From the IMG/VR virus record IMGVR_UViG_3300012940_000027, positions 1 to 62,126 of that record: a stretch of DNA of 62,126 nt; one strand, given 5' to 3'. Under the pieces are notes generated by a model that was not told the origin of the DNA, made no database searches, and saw nothing but the letters and a program-made list of their open reading frames with translations. The position numbers and the translations under genes are program-made. This document shows, piece by piece, positions 16,099 to 26,510 of the stretch. The stretch comes from a virus (taxonomy: Duplodnaviria > Caudoviricetes). Every line of letters starts with the position of its first letter. The first letter of the stretch is position 1.

Positions 16099-18710
16099 AG
16101 CCCCCCGACCCCGGCGGTGCCGTAGACCGCGCCGATCTCGACGGCGACCTGGGTGAAGGTCAGCGACATCTCGCCGATGTGGTTGACGTGGTGATCGGTC
16201 TCACGGCCACGGCTGAACATGACAACGAGGTTGCGTCCCTTGGGATCGCGATAGGAGATCACTCTCGGCCGGAGGCGTCCGTCGGCGTCCTGCTTCGGCC
16301 CGGCCATCGAGCGCACCGCCGCCACGATGTCGCGGGCGGTGTAGCTCCCCCACTCGTCGTCCATCACCATGAAGGTGCCGCTGACGACATTGCTGTTCGT
16401 GCTCCCCTGGAACCCGATCGGGTGCTCCGTCCAGCTCGGCACCACCTCGACATCGGTGATCCAGTCGGCGCCGCGCTCCTCCCAGAAGCGGAGCGGTGCG
16501 CCGATGGCATCCTCGTCGAGGGTGATGATCGTGGTGTCGATCAGGTTGACGCCCAGCTCCGCGGTGGAGCGCTGGCTCTCGACGGTATCGACTTCGTTGA
16601 TCTCCCGCAGGTAGGTCGCGCCGAACTGGTAGACGTGGCCGCTGGTGGGCGTGCGGAACACCCAGCTCGTCTCGCTGCGCGACGTGATGACCGCCGCCAT
16701 CGTCTCCTCTCCCGTGCCGATGTCGGTGAGGTAGAGCACGTAGCCCTTGAACTCCTCATCCGGCGCGGTGGCCTGGGAGACGGGATTCCACGACACCTCG
16801 ATCTGGCTCCAGGTGCTCGGCGGCTGCGACGCCTCGAACGGGCCGGGGATGCGCACCGCCGTCATGCCGCCCGGCCCGACGAATGCCGGGTACTGGATCG
16901 TGAAGAACGTATCCACCCAGCCGGACATCCCATCGACCGCTGTGACCTCGATCTGGGTGCGATAGGTGATCTGGTTGCGCAGGATGCCGCTGGCGACCTG
17001 GTGGCTGGCCGACGATCCGCTCACACTCGAGCTGAACTCGTAGACCAGGGCATTGGTCGCCGCATTCCAGATGCGGATGCTGTAGCTGACGATCGAGCGA
17101 TCGACCGTGAAGCTGATCGTCGGTGTGCCGGTGGCGATCACCGCGTCGGGCGCCGGGCTGGTCACGGTGATCTGTGGCGGCTCGGCGTAGGTGAAGGTCT
17201 GCCACGTCGTCCACTCGCCCGCCAGGCCCCATGGATCGACACCGCGCACCCGCCACTGGTAGTCGCCGTAGTCCGGCATCTCCGTCGCGTTGGGCTGGCC
17301 GTAGTGGCGACCATCGCCGTAGGAGCGGCGGATGAACGGGATCACCACCCCGTTTCCGGCGTCACCGGCCGGGCGCACCGCGAACTCGGCGACCAGTGCG
17401 GCCGAATCATCGTTCGGGTCGGCGATCAGGGCGGAAAGCTCCGGATAGTCGCCGAACGCGCCACTGGTCGGCAGGGCCGAGGTCGGCGTGCCCGGCGCGG
17501 CGTTGACGAGGAACTGTCCGGTCGTCGCCCACACCGACCAGCCGCCGGTGCTGTCCTGAAGCTGCGCCTCGATGCTGTACCGCTGGCCACGAGTGAGCGC
17601 CGCCCAGGCGGCAAAGTTGCCCGATCCGGCAGTAATGGTGAAGGTCGTCCCGCTGCCGCTCGGCACGCTGATGGCAACCTGCGTCTCCGGCCGGACAACC
17701 GAGCCGCCGGCCGCCTTCACGCGCAGATTGGCCGCCACCGCGGCGTATCCGCTGCCGTGGCTCCAGGTGGTCGCGATCACGAGATCGTTGCCGGGTTGCG
17801 CGGTGCGGTTGGTCACCGGCCAGCCATTCTGCTCGCCAGCGATCTGGGCCGGCGTGATGGCGACGCTGACGGCTCCGCCCGAATTGATCGTGAAGGTCCA
17901 CTCCGCCTGCGGGCTGGGCGTATCGAACTGGTCGTAGACGGTGCAGCGGGCAACGTAGGTGCCCGGCGTTAGCGTGGCCGGCATCCACGTCACACGCCGT
18001 GCCGTCTGCTGCGCACCGGTGGCGGCCAGCACGCCGCTGTCACGGAGCCGGCTCGTCTTCTGCTGGTTCCAGACCTCGAAGCGGTAGGACTTCACCTTGT
18101 CGGCCTGGCCGAGAGCGAAGCCGGGCAGCACCTCGTCGTCGTCGCGGAAGTCCGCTCCCAGCGTCGGCGAGGCGGTCACCGTCGCGCCGGCGGCAGGAAA
18201 CAGCCCGGTCGGCGTCTTCGGTGCCCGGTTGTTCTGGATTTCCGCCCACGTCGAGAGCCGCCCTTCCGGCCGCACCGAGGTCGCGCCGAAAGGATCTGGG
18301 AAGGAGCTGATCGCCCGGTCGTGCATCAGGGCGCCGGAGTTGTCCTGGCCGTGGACCAGGGTGCCGGAGATGGTGCGGATCGGCAGGGCGTAGTCGATGC
18401 CGGTGCGCACCTTGATCGGCGCGGTCGGCTTCACCGTCTGGTTGGCTCCCTCACCGCCCCAGGTCATCACCGTCGCGGCGACGGCATTTCCCGATCCACC
18501 GAGCTTGGCGGTAATCGTCGTGCCGGACGCCTCATAGATCGCCTGCGCGTAGGTGGCGTTGCCGTCGCCGTCATTGCCGACGCGGGCGCCGAAGAGATAG
18601 AGCCAGCCGTTGGCCGAGACGCGACCCGCGATGGTGCCACGCACCAGGCCGGCAGCCAGGTAGCCGAAGCCGATGTCGTTGCCGCTGGGCTTTCTGCCGA
18701 GCGTAGGCAC
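16095..18710 (-). CDS. Large minor tail protein with Ig/FN3-like repeats
   Basis: Repeated Y-x-W-R-V-R..D..G..W beta-sandwich motifs; directly after tape measure. Confidence 0.75.
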   Translation of the reverse strand: MPTLGRKPSGNDIGFGYLAAGLVRGTIAGRVSANGWLYLFGARVGNDGDGNATYAQAIYEASGTTITAKLGGSGNAVAATVMTWGGEGANQTVKPTAPIKVRTGIDYALPIRTISGTLVHGQDNSGALMHDRAISSFPDPFGATSVRPEGRLSTWAEIQNNRAPKTPTGLFPAAGATVTASPTLGADFRDDDEVLPGFALGQADKVKSYRFEVWNQQKTSRLRDSGVLAATGAQQTARRVTWMPATLTPGTYVARCTVYDQFDTPSPQAEWTFTINSGGAVSVAITPAQIAGEQNGWPVTNRTAQPGNDLVIATTWSHGSGYAAVAANLRVKAAGGSVVRPETQVAISVPSGSGTTFTITAGSGNFAAWAALTRGQRYSIEAQLQDSTGGWSVWATTGQFLVNAAPGTPTSALPTSGAFGDYPELSALIADPNDDSAALVAEFAVRPAGDAGNGVVIPFIRRSYGDGRHYGQPNATEMPDYGDYQWRVRGVDPWGLAGEWTTWQTFTYAEPPQITVTSPAPDAVIATGTPTISFTVDRSIVSYSIRIWNAATNALVYEFSSSVSGSSASHQVASGILRNQITYRTQIEVTAVDGMSGWVDTFFTIQYPAFVGPGGMTAVRIPGPFEASQPPSTWSQIEVSWNPVSQATAPDEEFKGYVLYLTDIGTGEETMAAVITSRSETSWVFRTPTSGHVYQFGATYLREINEVDTVESQRSTAELGVNLIDTTIITLDEDAIGAPLRFWEERGADWITDVEVVPSWTEHPIGFQGSTNSNVVSGTFMVMDDEWGSYTARDIVAAVRSMAGPKQDADGRLRPRVISYRDPKGRNLVVMFSRGRETDHHVNHIGEMSLTFTQVAVEIGAVYGTAGVGGL

Positions 18711-18711
18711 G

Positions 18712-21700
18712 TTAGACCCCCAATCCATTCACGCCGTCGTAGGCTTCGACGAGCGTGGCGATCACCCGGTTCGCGAAGACTTCACCGTCTTCTCCGGGCT
18801 GCTGTGTCACGTTGAGTTCGATGTTCTGCACGCCGATCATCGGCGCTCCGCCGTAGGGATTGGCAATGCCGGTGTAGGCAAGCTGGCGGGCCATCATGTC
18901 GTCGAGATACGAGCCGATGCCGTAGTCGAGCGCCCGTGGATCGACGGTCGGAATCGCCGCCTGCATCAGTCGCTCAGCGGCCGAGCGCACCTCGCCCAGC
19001 TTGGAGAGCATGCCGACGGCCGGGCCGCGCCCGAGCATCTCGCCGATCCAGGTCGTCAGCTTGGATGGCGAGGCGATCTGCGCTTTCGCTCGCATCGCTC
19101 GATCTACCTCAGCGATGATCGCCGATGCGGCCGCCTGCACCCCGCCCAGTGCTGCGTACATGCCCGCTGCTACGCCGTCGCCCGCTGCCTGGCCGACCGA
19201 AACGCCGGCAGAGTACATGCGACCGGCGGCCGAGCTGACCGCGCTCACGACTTGCCCCATCGCCGAGCTGATTGCGGAGACGGCTCGCGAGCCGCCACTC
19301 GACAGTGAGGTGGCGAGGGAATTTGCCATCCGGCTCGCCTCGGCGGCGATGCGAGAAGCCGCTGTGGTCGCCGCGCTCTGCATCTGCGTGAAGGCGTTCC
19401 GCATGGTGGTCTGTGCGTCCGTGGCGGAGCGACGCAGATTGCTGGACATGGCATTCGCCTGAGCCGTTACCTGCGATGTCAGGCGGCCCATTTCGCTTGC
19501 AACGCTGCCGGCGAAGGTCTGGAAGGCAACAACGATCTCATCGAGCTTCGGCGAAATGCTGGTTTGCAGCTTGGTCGCCATGCCGTCGGCAAGGGTCGTC
19601 ATGTCGAGCGTCGTGCTGGCGAGCGCCTGCGCCCGGCCGATCCAACTGACCAGCCCTGAAGAGAGCGATTCGCCCGACAGACCGGAGAGACCGACGCCTG
19701 CTACGGTATCGATTGCACGCGCGATGGCCATGCCGAGGTCGCCGAGCATCGTCGCGGTCACGGCGATCGCCCGTGCAATCCACGCCTGCATACCGGCCGA
19801 AAGCGATTCACCGGAGAACGCCGCGAAGCCGCCTCCGGCCGCTGTATCGATGCTGATGGCGAACGCCTGGCCGAGCGACGAAATCGAAGTCGCGGTCACG
19901 GCAATTGCCCGCGCGATCCACGCCCGCATCGCCCCGCTCAGGGAGTCGCCCGAGAGCGAGCTGAAGCCCGTGCCCGCTGCCGTATCGATGGAAATAGCGA
20001 AGGCGTTGCCGAGTTGGCCGATCTGCGTGGCGGTGACGGCGATCGCTCGAGCGATCCACCCGCGCATCCCGGCGCTGAGCGACTCGCCGCTCATGGCCCC
20101 GAACGCGGTCCCGACCTGGGTGTCGATCGCCCGCGGCACACCCATCACTGAGTCCGCGGTGAGGTTGTCCCCGATCTTGGCAAGGCCCCGCTCGACCCAC
20201 GACTTCGCTGCCGTGCCGATGCTGTCCCCGCTCATGCCATCGAGGGCAGTCACGAGCTTGGTGTTTAGCTCCTCTACCTTCCCGTCGGCATCGAAGTTGG
20301 AAAAGGCGGTGCCAATGTTGCCGAGAGCGGTCTCGATATTCGTGGCGATTTCGTCGATGCGCTGGTCAAGCGTGACGCCACCGCCAGCCGCCTCCTCGCC
20401 CCCGTTGCCGCCGCCACCGATGCCGAGGGCGGAGAGGCCGCTGCCGATCGCGTCCTTGACGCTGCCAGAGACCTCCACCACGATGTCGACGGCCGAGTTG
20501 ACCGTTTTCGTGACGCCGTTCCAGCCGTCTTCGACCAAATCTTTCGCAGCGGAACCGACCGAGCCGACGAGCTCCTTGACGCTGTCCCACTTGCTGTCGA
20601 GGCTGTCGGTGATGGAGTCCTTGAACTCGGCCCCGAGGGTCAGGACGGCGCTCGCGCTCTTTTCGACCGTGCCGCCGAGGCCGCTCCCGTCGTCGCCAAT
20701 GCCGAAGAACCCGGCAATCCACCCGCCCGCCGTGCTGATGAGCGAGGTCAAGCTACCCCACGCCTCGCCCAGCCCATTGACGATGCTGCCGAGCAGGTTC
20801 AGCAGGAAGGAGATCGTGCCGGTCGCCTCCTTCTTGGTCTCTCCGCTCTGGTTGCCGTCCTCCCCGATACCGAAGAAACCGACGATCCAGCCCCAGATCG
20901 AGGATATCAGCCCGGTGAGCGATGTCCACGCGCTCCCGAGGGACGACACGAGGGAACCGCCGATTTTCATCAGCAGGTCGTAGCCGGCGACCGGCAGAAT
21001 CAGGTCTCGCGCTGCAATGCCGCCGTCCTGGCCGATGCCAAAGAAGTCGGCAATCCACCCTGCAACCGAACCGATCAACCCGCTGACGCTCGACCAGGCC
21101 GCTCCCAGCGTCGAGCTGAAGGTTCCGCCGAGCTTCATCGCGAGATCGAACCCGGCGACGGGCAGGATCAGGTCCCGCGCTTCAACGCCTCCGTCATCGC
21201 CGATGCCGAAGAAGTCCGCGATCCACCCGAAGGCGCTCCCGATCAGGCCGCGCACGCTGCTCCAGGCGGCTCCGAGCGTGGAAAGGAAGGAGCCCCTGAG
21301 GTGCATCGCCAGGTCGTAGCCGGCAATGGGCAAGATCAGGGCGCGGGCCTGCACGCCGCCGTCGTCGCCGATGCCGAAGAAGTCCGCGATCCAGCCGGCG
21401 ATCGACCCGATCAATCCCTTCACGCTCGACCAGGCCGAACCGAGGGTCGAGAGCAGCGTGCCCGAGATGCTGAGGGAGAGATCGAACCCGCCGCTCGCCT
21501 CCTTCGGCGGCTGGGCGGTCGCCGAGCCGTCATCGCCGATGCCGAAGAAGTCGCCCAGCCACCCAAAGACCGAGCTAATCAGCCGCTTCACACTCGACCA
21601 GGCGGATCCGAGCGTCGAAATCAGGCTGCCGGCCAGGTTCATGACGAGGTTGAACGCGCCGGTGAGGGTTTCTCCGGCAGCGTCGAGGGGGCCTTCGAGC

Positions 21701-24057
21701 CACGGCACCTTATCGATCAGCCAGTCCTTGGCCTGACCGAACTTGCTGAGCGCGTTCTCGGCGAGGTTTTCGAGAATGTCGAATCCGATCGACACCGCAG
21801 CCTTGATGCCGGAGAAAGCGGTTTCGAGCGCCGAGAGCAGCGCGTCCTTGATGGCGCCCCAATCGATGTCGCCAACGGAGTCCTTGATCCAGTCCCACAG
21901 CCCGGAAGCGGCGCTGGCGAGCAGGTCGAACGCGGCCTTCGCGCCATCGAGCACGGTGGAGGCGACCGCGGTCCAGTCGATCGCTTTGAAGCCATCGATC
22001 AGGGCACTGACGGCCGCTTTCACGCCGATCCAGGCCAGCTCACCGAGCGACTGGAGGTAATCACCGAAGTGACGGAGCAGCCGCTCGCTAACGTCGAGCG
22101 CCCCCTTGAAATCGCCCTGAAAGATCTCTTGGATCAGGCGGCCAAAGTCCGTCCAGGCCTTGCCGAGGTTGTGGAGCACGTCATCGAGCGGCTTGAAGCC
22201 GGTCGAGATGCCCTTCAGCAGGGAGCCGATGGCTTTAGCCGGCGACGAAAGGAGGTCGCCGAAGCCAGCGACTGTTTTGCGGAGCTTCTGGAAGGCTTTA
22301 TTCCAGTCCCCGGCGAGCAGGGCGCCGAACATGTCGGTGAAGCCGGAGCCGATCTTTCGGACGGCCTGCCATACCCGGTTGACCGACTTGAAGATGGCAT
22401 CGAATTCGCCCTGGACGTTGAAGCCGAGGATGTTGGAGAGCACGACGCCCAGGGCTTTGAATGCCGCCTCCAGCTTGCCGACGCCCTGGAACGATTCATA
22501 GAGCTTGAACTGGAGCTGGAAATCTTTGATGAAATCCCGAATCCAACCCGCGACCGAACGCACGGCGTCCCCAAAGCCGAGGAAGTTGGTCTTGTAGGCA
22601 AGCAGCGCCGCAGCGCCGACGGCCATCGCGCCGAACAGCACCGGATTGGCGGCGATCAGCCCCTTCAGCGAGGTAAGGACCCCCTGTTGCGCAAGCTGGC
22701 TCGCCGCGTATGCAGCACGAAGCGTCCGCAGCGCCTTCACCGTCTCGGCGATGCGCGGCAGGAACAGTAGGAAGGTGCCGGCGCCGAGGGTGAGCGCACC
22801 AGCCAAACCAATCGCCCCGGCGACCACCGTTTGCAGCGGTCCTGGTAGGCCGATCAGCGTGCTGATAAAGGCGTCGAGCAACTGCGCCCCTTCCCGCAGG
22901 AAGGGCAGAAACGCGGAAGTGGCGGTATATGCGAGCGTTTCGAGGCCGCCTTTGAGCTGCTCGACGTCCCCCTTCAGGTTGTCCATCTTGGCCCTGGCGA
23001 CATCAGCCGCCGAGTTGCCCTCATGGACGCCCTTGGCGTAGTCCTCCCAGCTCTTGCCGGCCGCCTTCGCCGCGTCGGTCTCGGTTTGCAGGAGCGCGTT
23101 GATCGCGCGACCGCCCTGCTCGCCGAAAATCATGTTGAGGTAGCGCGTGCGCTCGGTTTCGGTCAGTCCGGAGGTGGCACGATTGACGTTGTCGATGATC
23201 TCCGGCAGCGATTTCATCGTGCCCGTCGATTCATCGATCACCGAGAAGGCGCCGCCCACCTGGAGCCCCAACTCCTTCATCGCCCCGGCGGCTTTCCCGC
23301 TCGGATTGATCAGGCTGGTGAGCATCTGGTTCAGCGTCGTGCCGGCCATCGAACCGCGGATGCCCTGGTCGTTGAGTGCCGCCAGTGCGGTCACGGTGTC
23401 ATCGAGCGGGATGCCGAGTTGATGCGCGGTGGTGCCGACGTAGGTGAGGCCGCTGGCGAGGTCGATCACGTCGGCCGTCGAGGCCGCCGCGCCGCGAGCG
23501 AGTAGATCGGTGACGGCTGTCGCCTGGTCCGCGGAAAGACCGTACTGATTCATCGCGGCGGTCAGCGTGCTGGCCGCGGTCGCGAGGTCCAGCTCTCCGG
23601 CGGTGGCCAGGTTGACCACGGCATCGGCAGCGCCGTTGAGGATGGTCTCGACCGGCATACCGGCCTTACCCAGCTCGGTAATGGCGGCAGCCGCCTCGGT
23701 GGCGGAGAAGCTGGTGTCCTTGCCGAGCTGGAGCGCCTTTTCGCGCAGCGCGTCGAGTTCCGCCCCCTGAGCTCCGGTGCCGGCGGCCATGATGGAGAAC
23801 GCCTGCTCGACGTTGGCGGCGTTCCACACGCCCGCGCCGAAGACGCCGGCGGCAATGGCACCGAGTCCCGTGAGGCCGGTGCCAAGGTCGCGGATGTGCT
23901 GCTCGTGTTGCGTGATGAAGGACGAGGCCCCGGAGAAGCTGGAGCCAGCCGAGCTGGAGAAGCCGCGAAGGTCGCCGGCCAGTGCCCGAATGTTCTGCCG
24001 AGCCTGAGCAACCTCGATGAGAATGCTGCCCGAAGCCGAACCGAGCGAGACGGACAT
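18712..24057 (-). CDS. Tail tape measure protein (TP901-core type)
   Basis: 1781 aa; LREKALQLGKDTSFSATEAA..ELGKAG, GIRGSMAGT, KMDNLKGD motifs. Confidence 0.95.
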   Translation of the reverse strand: MSVSLGSASGSILIEVAQARQNIRALAGDLRGFSSSAGSSFSGASSFITQHEQHIRDLGTGLTGLGAIAAGVFGAGVWNAANVEQAFSIMAAGTGAQGAELDALREKALQLGKDTSFSATEAAAAITELGKAGMPVETILNGAADAVVNLATAGELDLATAASTLTAAMNQYGLSADQATAVTDLLARGAAASTADVIDLASGLTYVGTTAHQLGIPLDDTVTALAALNDQGIRGSMAGTTLNQMLTSLINPSGKAAGAMKELGLQVGGAFSVIDESTGTMKSLPEIIDNVNRATSGLTETERTRYLNMIFGEQGGRAINALLQTETDAAKAAGKSWEDYAKGVHEGNSAADVARAKMDNLKGDVEQLKGGLETLAYTATSAFLPFLREGAQLLDAFISTLIGLPGPLQTVVAGAIGLAGALTLGAGTFLLFLPRIAETVKALRTLRAAYAASQLAQQGVLTSLKGLIAANPVLFGAMAVGAAALLAYKTNFLGFGDAVRSVAGWIRDFIKDFQLQFKLYESFQGVGKLEAAFKALGVVLSNILGFNVQGEFDAIFKSVNRVWQAVRKIGSGFTDMFGALLAGDWNKAFQKLRKTVAGFGDLLSSPAKAIGSLLKGISTGFKPLDDVLHNLGKAWTDFGRLIQEIFQGDFKGALDVSERLLRHFGDYLQSLGELAWIGVKAAVSALIDGFKAIDWTAVASTVLDGAKAAFDLLASAASGLWDWIKDSVGDIDWGAIKDALLSALETAFSGIKAAVSIGFDILENLAENALSKFGQAKDWLIDKVPWLEGPLDAAGETLTGAFNLVMNLAGSLISTLGSAWSSVKRLISSVFGWLGDFFGIGDDGSATAQPPKEASGGFDLSLSISGTLLSTLGSAWSSVKGLIGSIAGWIADFFGIGDDGGVQARALILPIAGYDLAMHLRGSFLSTLGAAWSSVRGLIGSAFGWIADFFGIGDDGGVEARDLILPVAGFDLAMKLGGTFSSTLGAAWSSVSGLIGSVAGWIADFFGIGQDGGIAARDLILPVAGYDLLMKIGGSLVSSLGSAWTSLTGLISSIWGWIVGFFGIGEDGNQSGETKKEATGTISFLLNLLGSIVNGLGEAWGSLTSLISTAGGWIAGFFGIGDDGSGLGGTVEKSASAVLTLGAEFKDSITDSLDSKWDSVKELVGSVGSAAKDLVEDGWNGVTKTVNSAVDIVVEVSGSVKDAIGSGLSALGIGGGGNGGEEAAGGGVTLDQRIDEIATNIETALGNIGTAFSNFDADGKVEELNTKLVTALDGMSGDSIGTAAKSWVERGLAKIGDNLTADSVMGVPRAIDTQVGTAFGAMSGESLSAGMRGWIARAIAVTATQIGQLGNAFAISIDTAAGTGFSSLSGDSLSGAMRAWIARAIAVTATSISSLGQAFAISIDTAAGGGFAAFSGESLSAGMQAWIARAIAVTATMLGDLGMAIARAIDTVAGVGLSGLSGESLSSGLVSWIGRAQALASTTLDMTTLADGMATKLQTSISPKLDEIVVAFQTFAGSVASEMGRLTSQVTAQANAMSSNLRRSATDAQTTMRNAFTQMQSAATTAASRIAAEASRMANSLATSLSSGGSRAVSAISSAMGQVVSAVSSAAGRMYSAGVSVGQAAGDGVAAGMYAALGGVQAAASAIIAEVDRAMRAKAQIASPSKLTTWIGEMLGRGPAVGMLSKLGEVRSAAERLMQAAIPTVDPRALDYGIGSYLDDMMARQLAYTGIANPYGGAPMIGVQNIELNVTQQPGEDGEVFANRVIATLVEAYDGVNGLGV

Positions 24058-24070
24058 GACCGACGACCTC

Positions 24071-24511
24071 CTATGCGTCTCCGTCTAGGCGGAGGAAATC
24101 GAGCAAGGCGGCCGGGTCCTTTCGGAACTGCTCGACCTTCCTGTCGACTTCGCTGGTCGTCTCCGGGGTGGTGCGCTTCGTTCGTTTCCTCGCTGTTGGC
24201 GGTTCCTGGGGGAGACCGAGCGCGGCGGCGAGGGTTGGGTAACGGGGGACGTGTTTGACCTGTTTCTTCCGTTCGGCCTTGGAGACCGGCACCTCGCGGG
24301 TGGCTTTGCGCCGGTCATCGACCCAGCGGCCGAAGTCGGCGACCGCCAGGTCAAAGTCGAGGCAGATGCCAGCGGCCGCTCCTTCAGGCAAGCCCTCCCG
24401 TTGCAGGCGCTGGTTCAGGCGCAGCACCGTGCTCGGGCTGACCAGCCCCGGATACCGCCGGATCAACTGGTCCAGCTCCCACAACAGAAACCGGTTGCCC
24501 GTCAGGAAACG
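24071..24511 (-). CDS. Tail assembly chaperone, frameshift-extended (gpT-like) part
   Basis: Frame opens after TGA at 24515-24517, overlaps gpG-like ORF, ends just before tape measure. Confidence 0.6.
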   Translation of the reverse strand, partial: RFLTGNRFLLWELDQLIRRYPGLVSPSTVLRLNQRLQREGLPEGAAAGICLDFDLAVADFGRWVDDRRKATREVPVSKAERKKQVKHVPRYPTLAAALGLPQEPPTARKRTKRTTPETTSEVDRKVEQFRKDPAALLDFLRLDGDA

Positions 24512-25091
24512 GGGTCACCTTGGCGGCGGCACCCCTTTCCTGCTGCGAGCAGTGATTGAAAAAGGCGAGGCGGTCGGAGAACTCGATGTCGCGGACCCAG
24601 ACGCCGTTCTTGGCGTCGGCCTCATCGACAGTGAAGTAGCAGCGGGGTTCGACGAAGCCCATCACGCAGTAGGCATCGACGACCTTGGTGATCGCGCCGA
24701 ACGTATCGGCCAGCTCGTCGGCCTGCATTGAGGCAACCACGGCCTCCGCCCCGTTCCCGGTGGCGAAGCCCTCCATCTGCTGGACCTCTTCAATCATCTT
24801 GAAGATTTCGCGGCGCATGTCGGCCGAGAGCATCGAGAGGCTATCGGCATCGAGGAGCTGCGGGATGCGGGCGCGGACAATCGAGGGGTTGCCGTCGTCG
24901 TCGAGGGTGCTCTGGAGCACGAAGTCGAAGCCCTGCTCACGGGCCTGGCGGCGCTTGCGGGCCGCGGCCGGATCGAGGCGCTTCGGTCCCTTCACCGTGG
25001 GAATGGGCGCTTTCGGGGTGGGCGGTTGCACGCCCACGGCATACGAAATAGCGGATCGCTCGATCTTCTGGAATTCCGGAAACTCGCTCAT
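24384..25091 (-). CDS. Tail assembly chaperone (gpG-like)
   Basis: Between major tail and tape measure; GGAGG RBS. Confidence 0.7.
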   Translation of the reverse strand: MSEFPEFQKIERSAISYAVGVQPPTPKAPIPTVKGPKRLDPAAARKRRQAREQGFDFVLQSTLDDDGNPSIVRARIPQLLDADSLSMLSADMRREIFKMIEEVQQMEGFATGNGAEAVVASMQADELADTFGAITKVVDAYCVMGFVEPRCYFTVDEADAKNGVWVRDIEFSDRLAFFNHCSQQERGAAAKVTPFPDGQPVSVVGAGPVDPAVSGAGQPEHGAAPEPAPATGGLA

Positions 25092-25200
25092 CTGATTCCT
25101 CCGCACTTGCTCCGCGCTGACCGCGCTTTCCCGTGCCTGACTGCTGATTCGGCTGCTCAGGGGGTTACACAACGTAGCCCCCTGGCAACCTAGTGGAGAC

Positions 25201-25743
25201 TTATGCTGCCGGCGGCAGCGCCACTTCCGTTTCGAACTGCTCGCGCACGAGGAGCACGCCGTTGTGGGCGAGACCCTCGAAGTCGAGCGACGGGGTGTTC
25301 CAGGCGTTGACTTCCATCGTCTCGTCGAGACCAGACGTGGTGATCGCCCGGAGGATGGTTGCGCGGTAGGCCGAGCCTTCGGCATCGACGCCCGGAGCCT
25401 GGCCGCAGATGCGGTAGTAGGCATTGGTCACGCCGTCGGCCTCTTCCAGCTTGGTGACCGCGGCGGGTGCCGTGCCGGTGGTTTCGGCCTCACCGCCGAG
25501 CATGACGGCGAGCGCGGCGAGGTTGATCTGGCCGATCTCGATGGAGCCGGTCAGCGACTTCGGGTTCCGCGCCTTGGCGATGATCTTGTTGTCGCCTTCC
25601 AGCTCGTCGGAGTCGGACGAGATGGCGAATGCCAGCGAGCGGGCGCCGGGGACATCCACCCATGCGCCGAGCGTGAAGGCCGAGCCGGTCAGCGGGGCCA
25701 CCTGAAGGTCGGCGAGACCACGAGGAATTTCTGCAACTCCCAC
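25201..25743 (-). CDS. Major tail (tube) protein
   Basis: GLADLQVAPL..VPGARSL..ELEGDN pattern; size and position. Confidence 0.8.
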   Translation of the reverse strand: MGVAEIPRGLADLQVAPLTGSAFTLGAWVDVPGARSLAFAISSDSDELEGDNKIIAKARNPKSLTGSIEIGQINLAALAVMLGGEAETTGTAPAAVTKLEEADGVTNAYYRICGQAPGVDAEGSAYRATILRAITTSGLDETMEVNAWNTPSLDFEGLAHNGVLLVREQFETEVALPPAA

Positions 25744-25745
25744 GA

Positions 25746-25973
25746 TTAGCTCCTTTCGGGCGGATCACACGCCCCATTGGTCGGTTCGTACTCCGTCCTG
25801 ACCAGACGCCCGGTCAGCGAGTCCGCGATATGGAAGGTTTTGAATCCCTGGCGCTTGCAGCGTTTCTGCGTGCAGCGCCAGCGCACGTATCGCTTGTTGA
25901 CAACCACCAGTGCGTGGCGGTTACCGGCACAGCCGAGGTGAATTTCCCGGCGTGGTGGCGGCAGGTCGTTCAT
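25746..25973 (-). CDS. Small Cys/His-rich protein
   Basis: C..H / C...C motifs. Confidence 0.5.
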   Translation of the reverse strand: MNDLPPPRREIHLGCAGNRHALVVVNKRYVRWRCTQKRCKRQGFKTFHIADSLTGRLVRTEYEPTNGACDPPERS

Positions 25974-25979
25974 GGACCG

Positions 25980-26510
25980 CTACCACCCCATCGCCCGACG
26001 GAACCCGCCGAAGTCCTTGAAGGCTTCCTGCGAGACGATCTTCAGCGTGCCGTCCTGCACCTGGATGTGGTTCGTCTGCTCACCGTCGCGCTCGTTCCAG
26101 ATGCGGAACTCGTGGCCGGACTCGCTGGCCTTGATCGCATCAGCGGCCCGGAACGGCACCGCCTGGATGAAGCTGCCCGGCTCCCCCGGCCGCTTGCGCT
26201 GGTCCGGACCGAAGCGGACGAACTCGACGCCCAAGGTGGGAATCTGGCCGTAGCCGTTGCCGCGGCGGATGGTGCGGGTGTGGCGATGAACGCGGGCGAT
26301 GCGCACCTCCATCAACCGGCGGATGACCGCTTCCTGCTCCGCGGTGTAGCGCCCCATCGCGAGGTTGAAGCGGACCACCGGCGAGTCGAGCGGGCTGGCT
26401 TCACCGACCCATTCGACCCAGACGCACCCCTGCGGCGCGGGCGGAAGCTGGTGCTCCTCGATGAGGCTGGCGTTGCTCTTGCGATCCTGCCAGCCGGTCA
26501 GCTCGGTCAT
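25980..26510 (-). CDS. Hypothetical structural-region protein
   Basis: GGAGG RBS, ATGA coupling. Confidence 0.6.
   Translation of the reverse strand: MTELTGWQDRKSNASLIEEHQLPPAPQGCVWVEWVGEASPLDSPVVRFNLAMGRYTAEQEAVIRRLMEVRIARVHRHTRTIRRGNGYGQIPTLGVEFVRFGPDQRKRPGEPGSFIQAVPFRAADAIKASESGHEFRIWNERDGEQTNHIQVQDGTLKIVSQEAFKDFGGFRRAMGW

Noticed and set aside
14282-18710. Diversity-generating retroelement acting on tail genes
   Set aside because: No reverse transcriptase and no TR/VR pair noticed
21604-22127. Avoidance of RGATCY sites due to the BglII-family R-M system
   Set aside because: GGATCC (21604) and AGATCT (22122) are present; specificity is unknown and a k-mer count is needed
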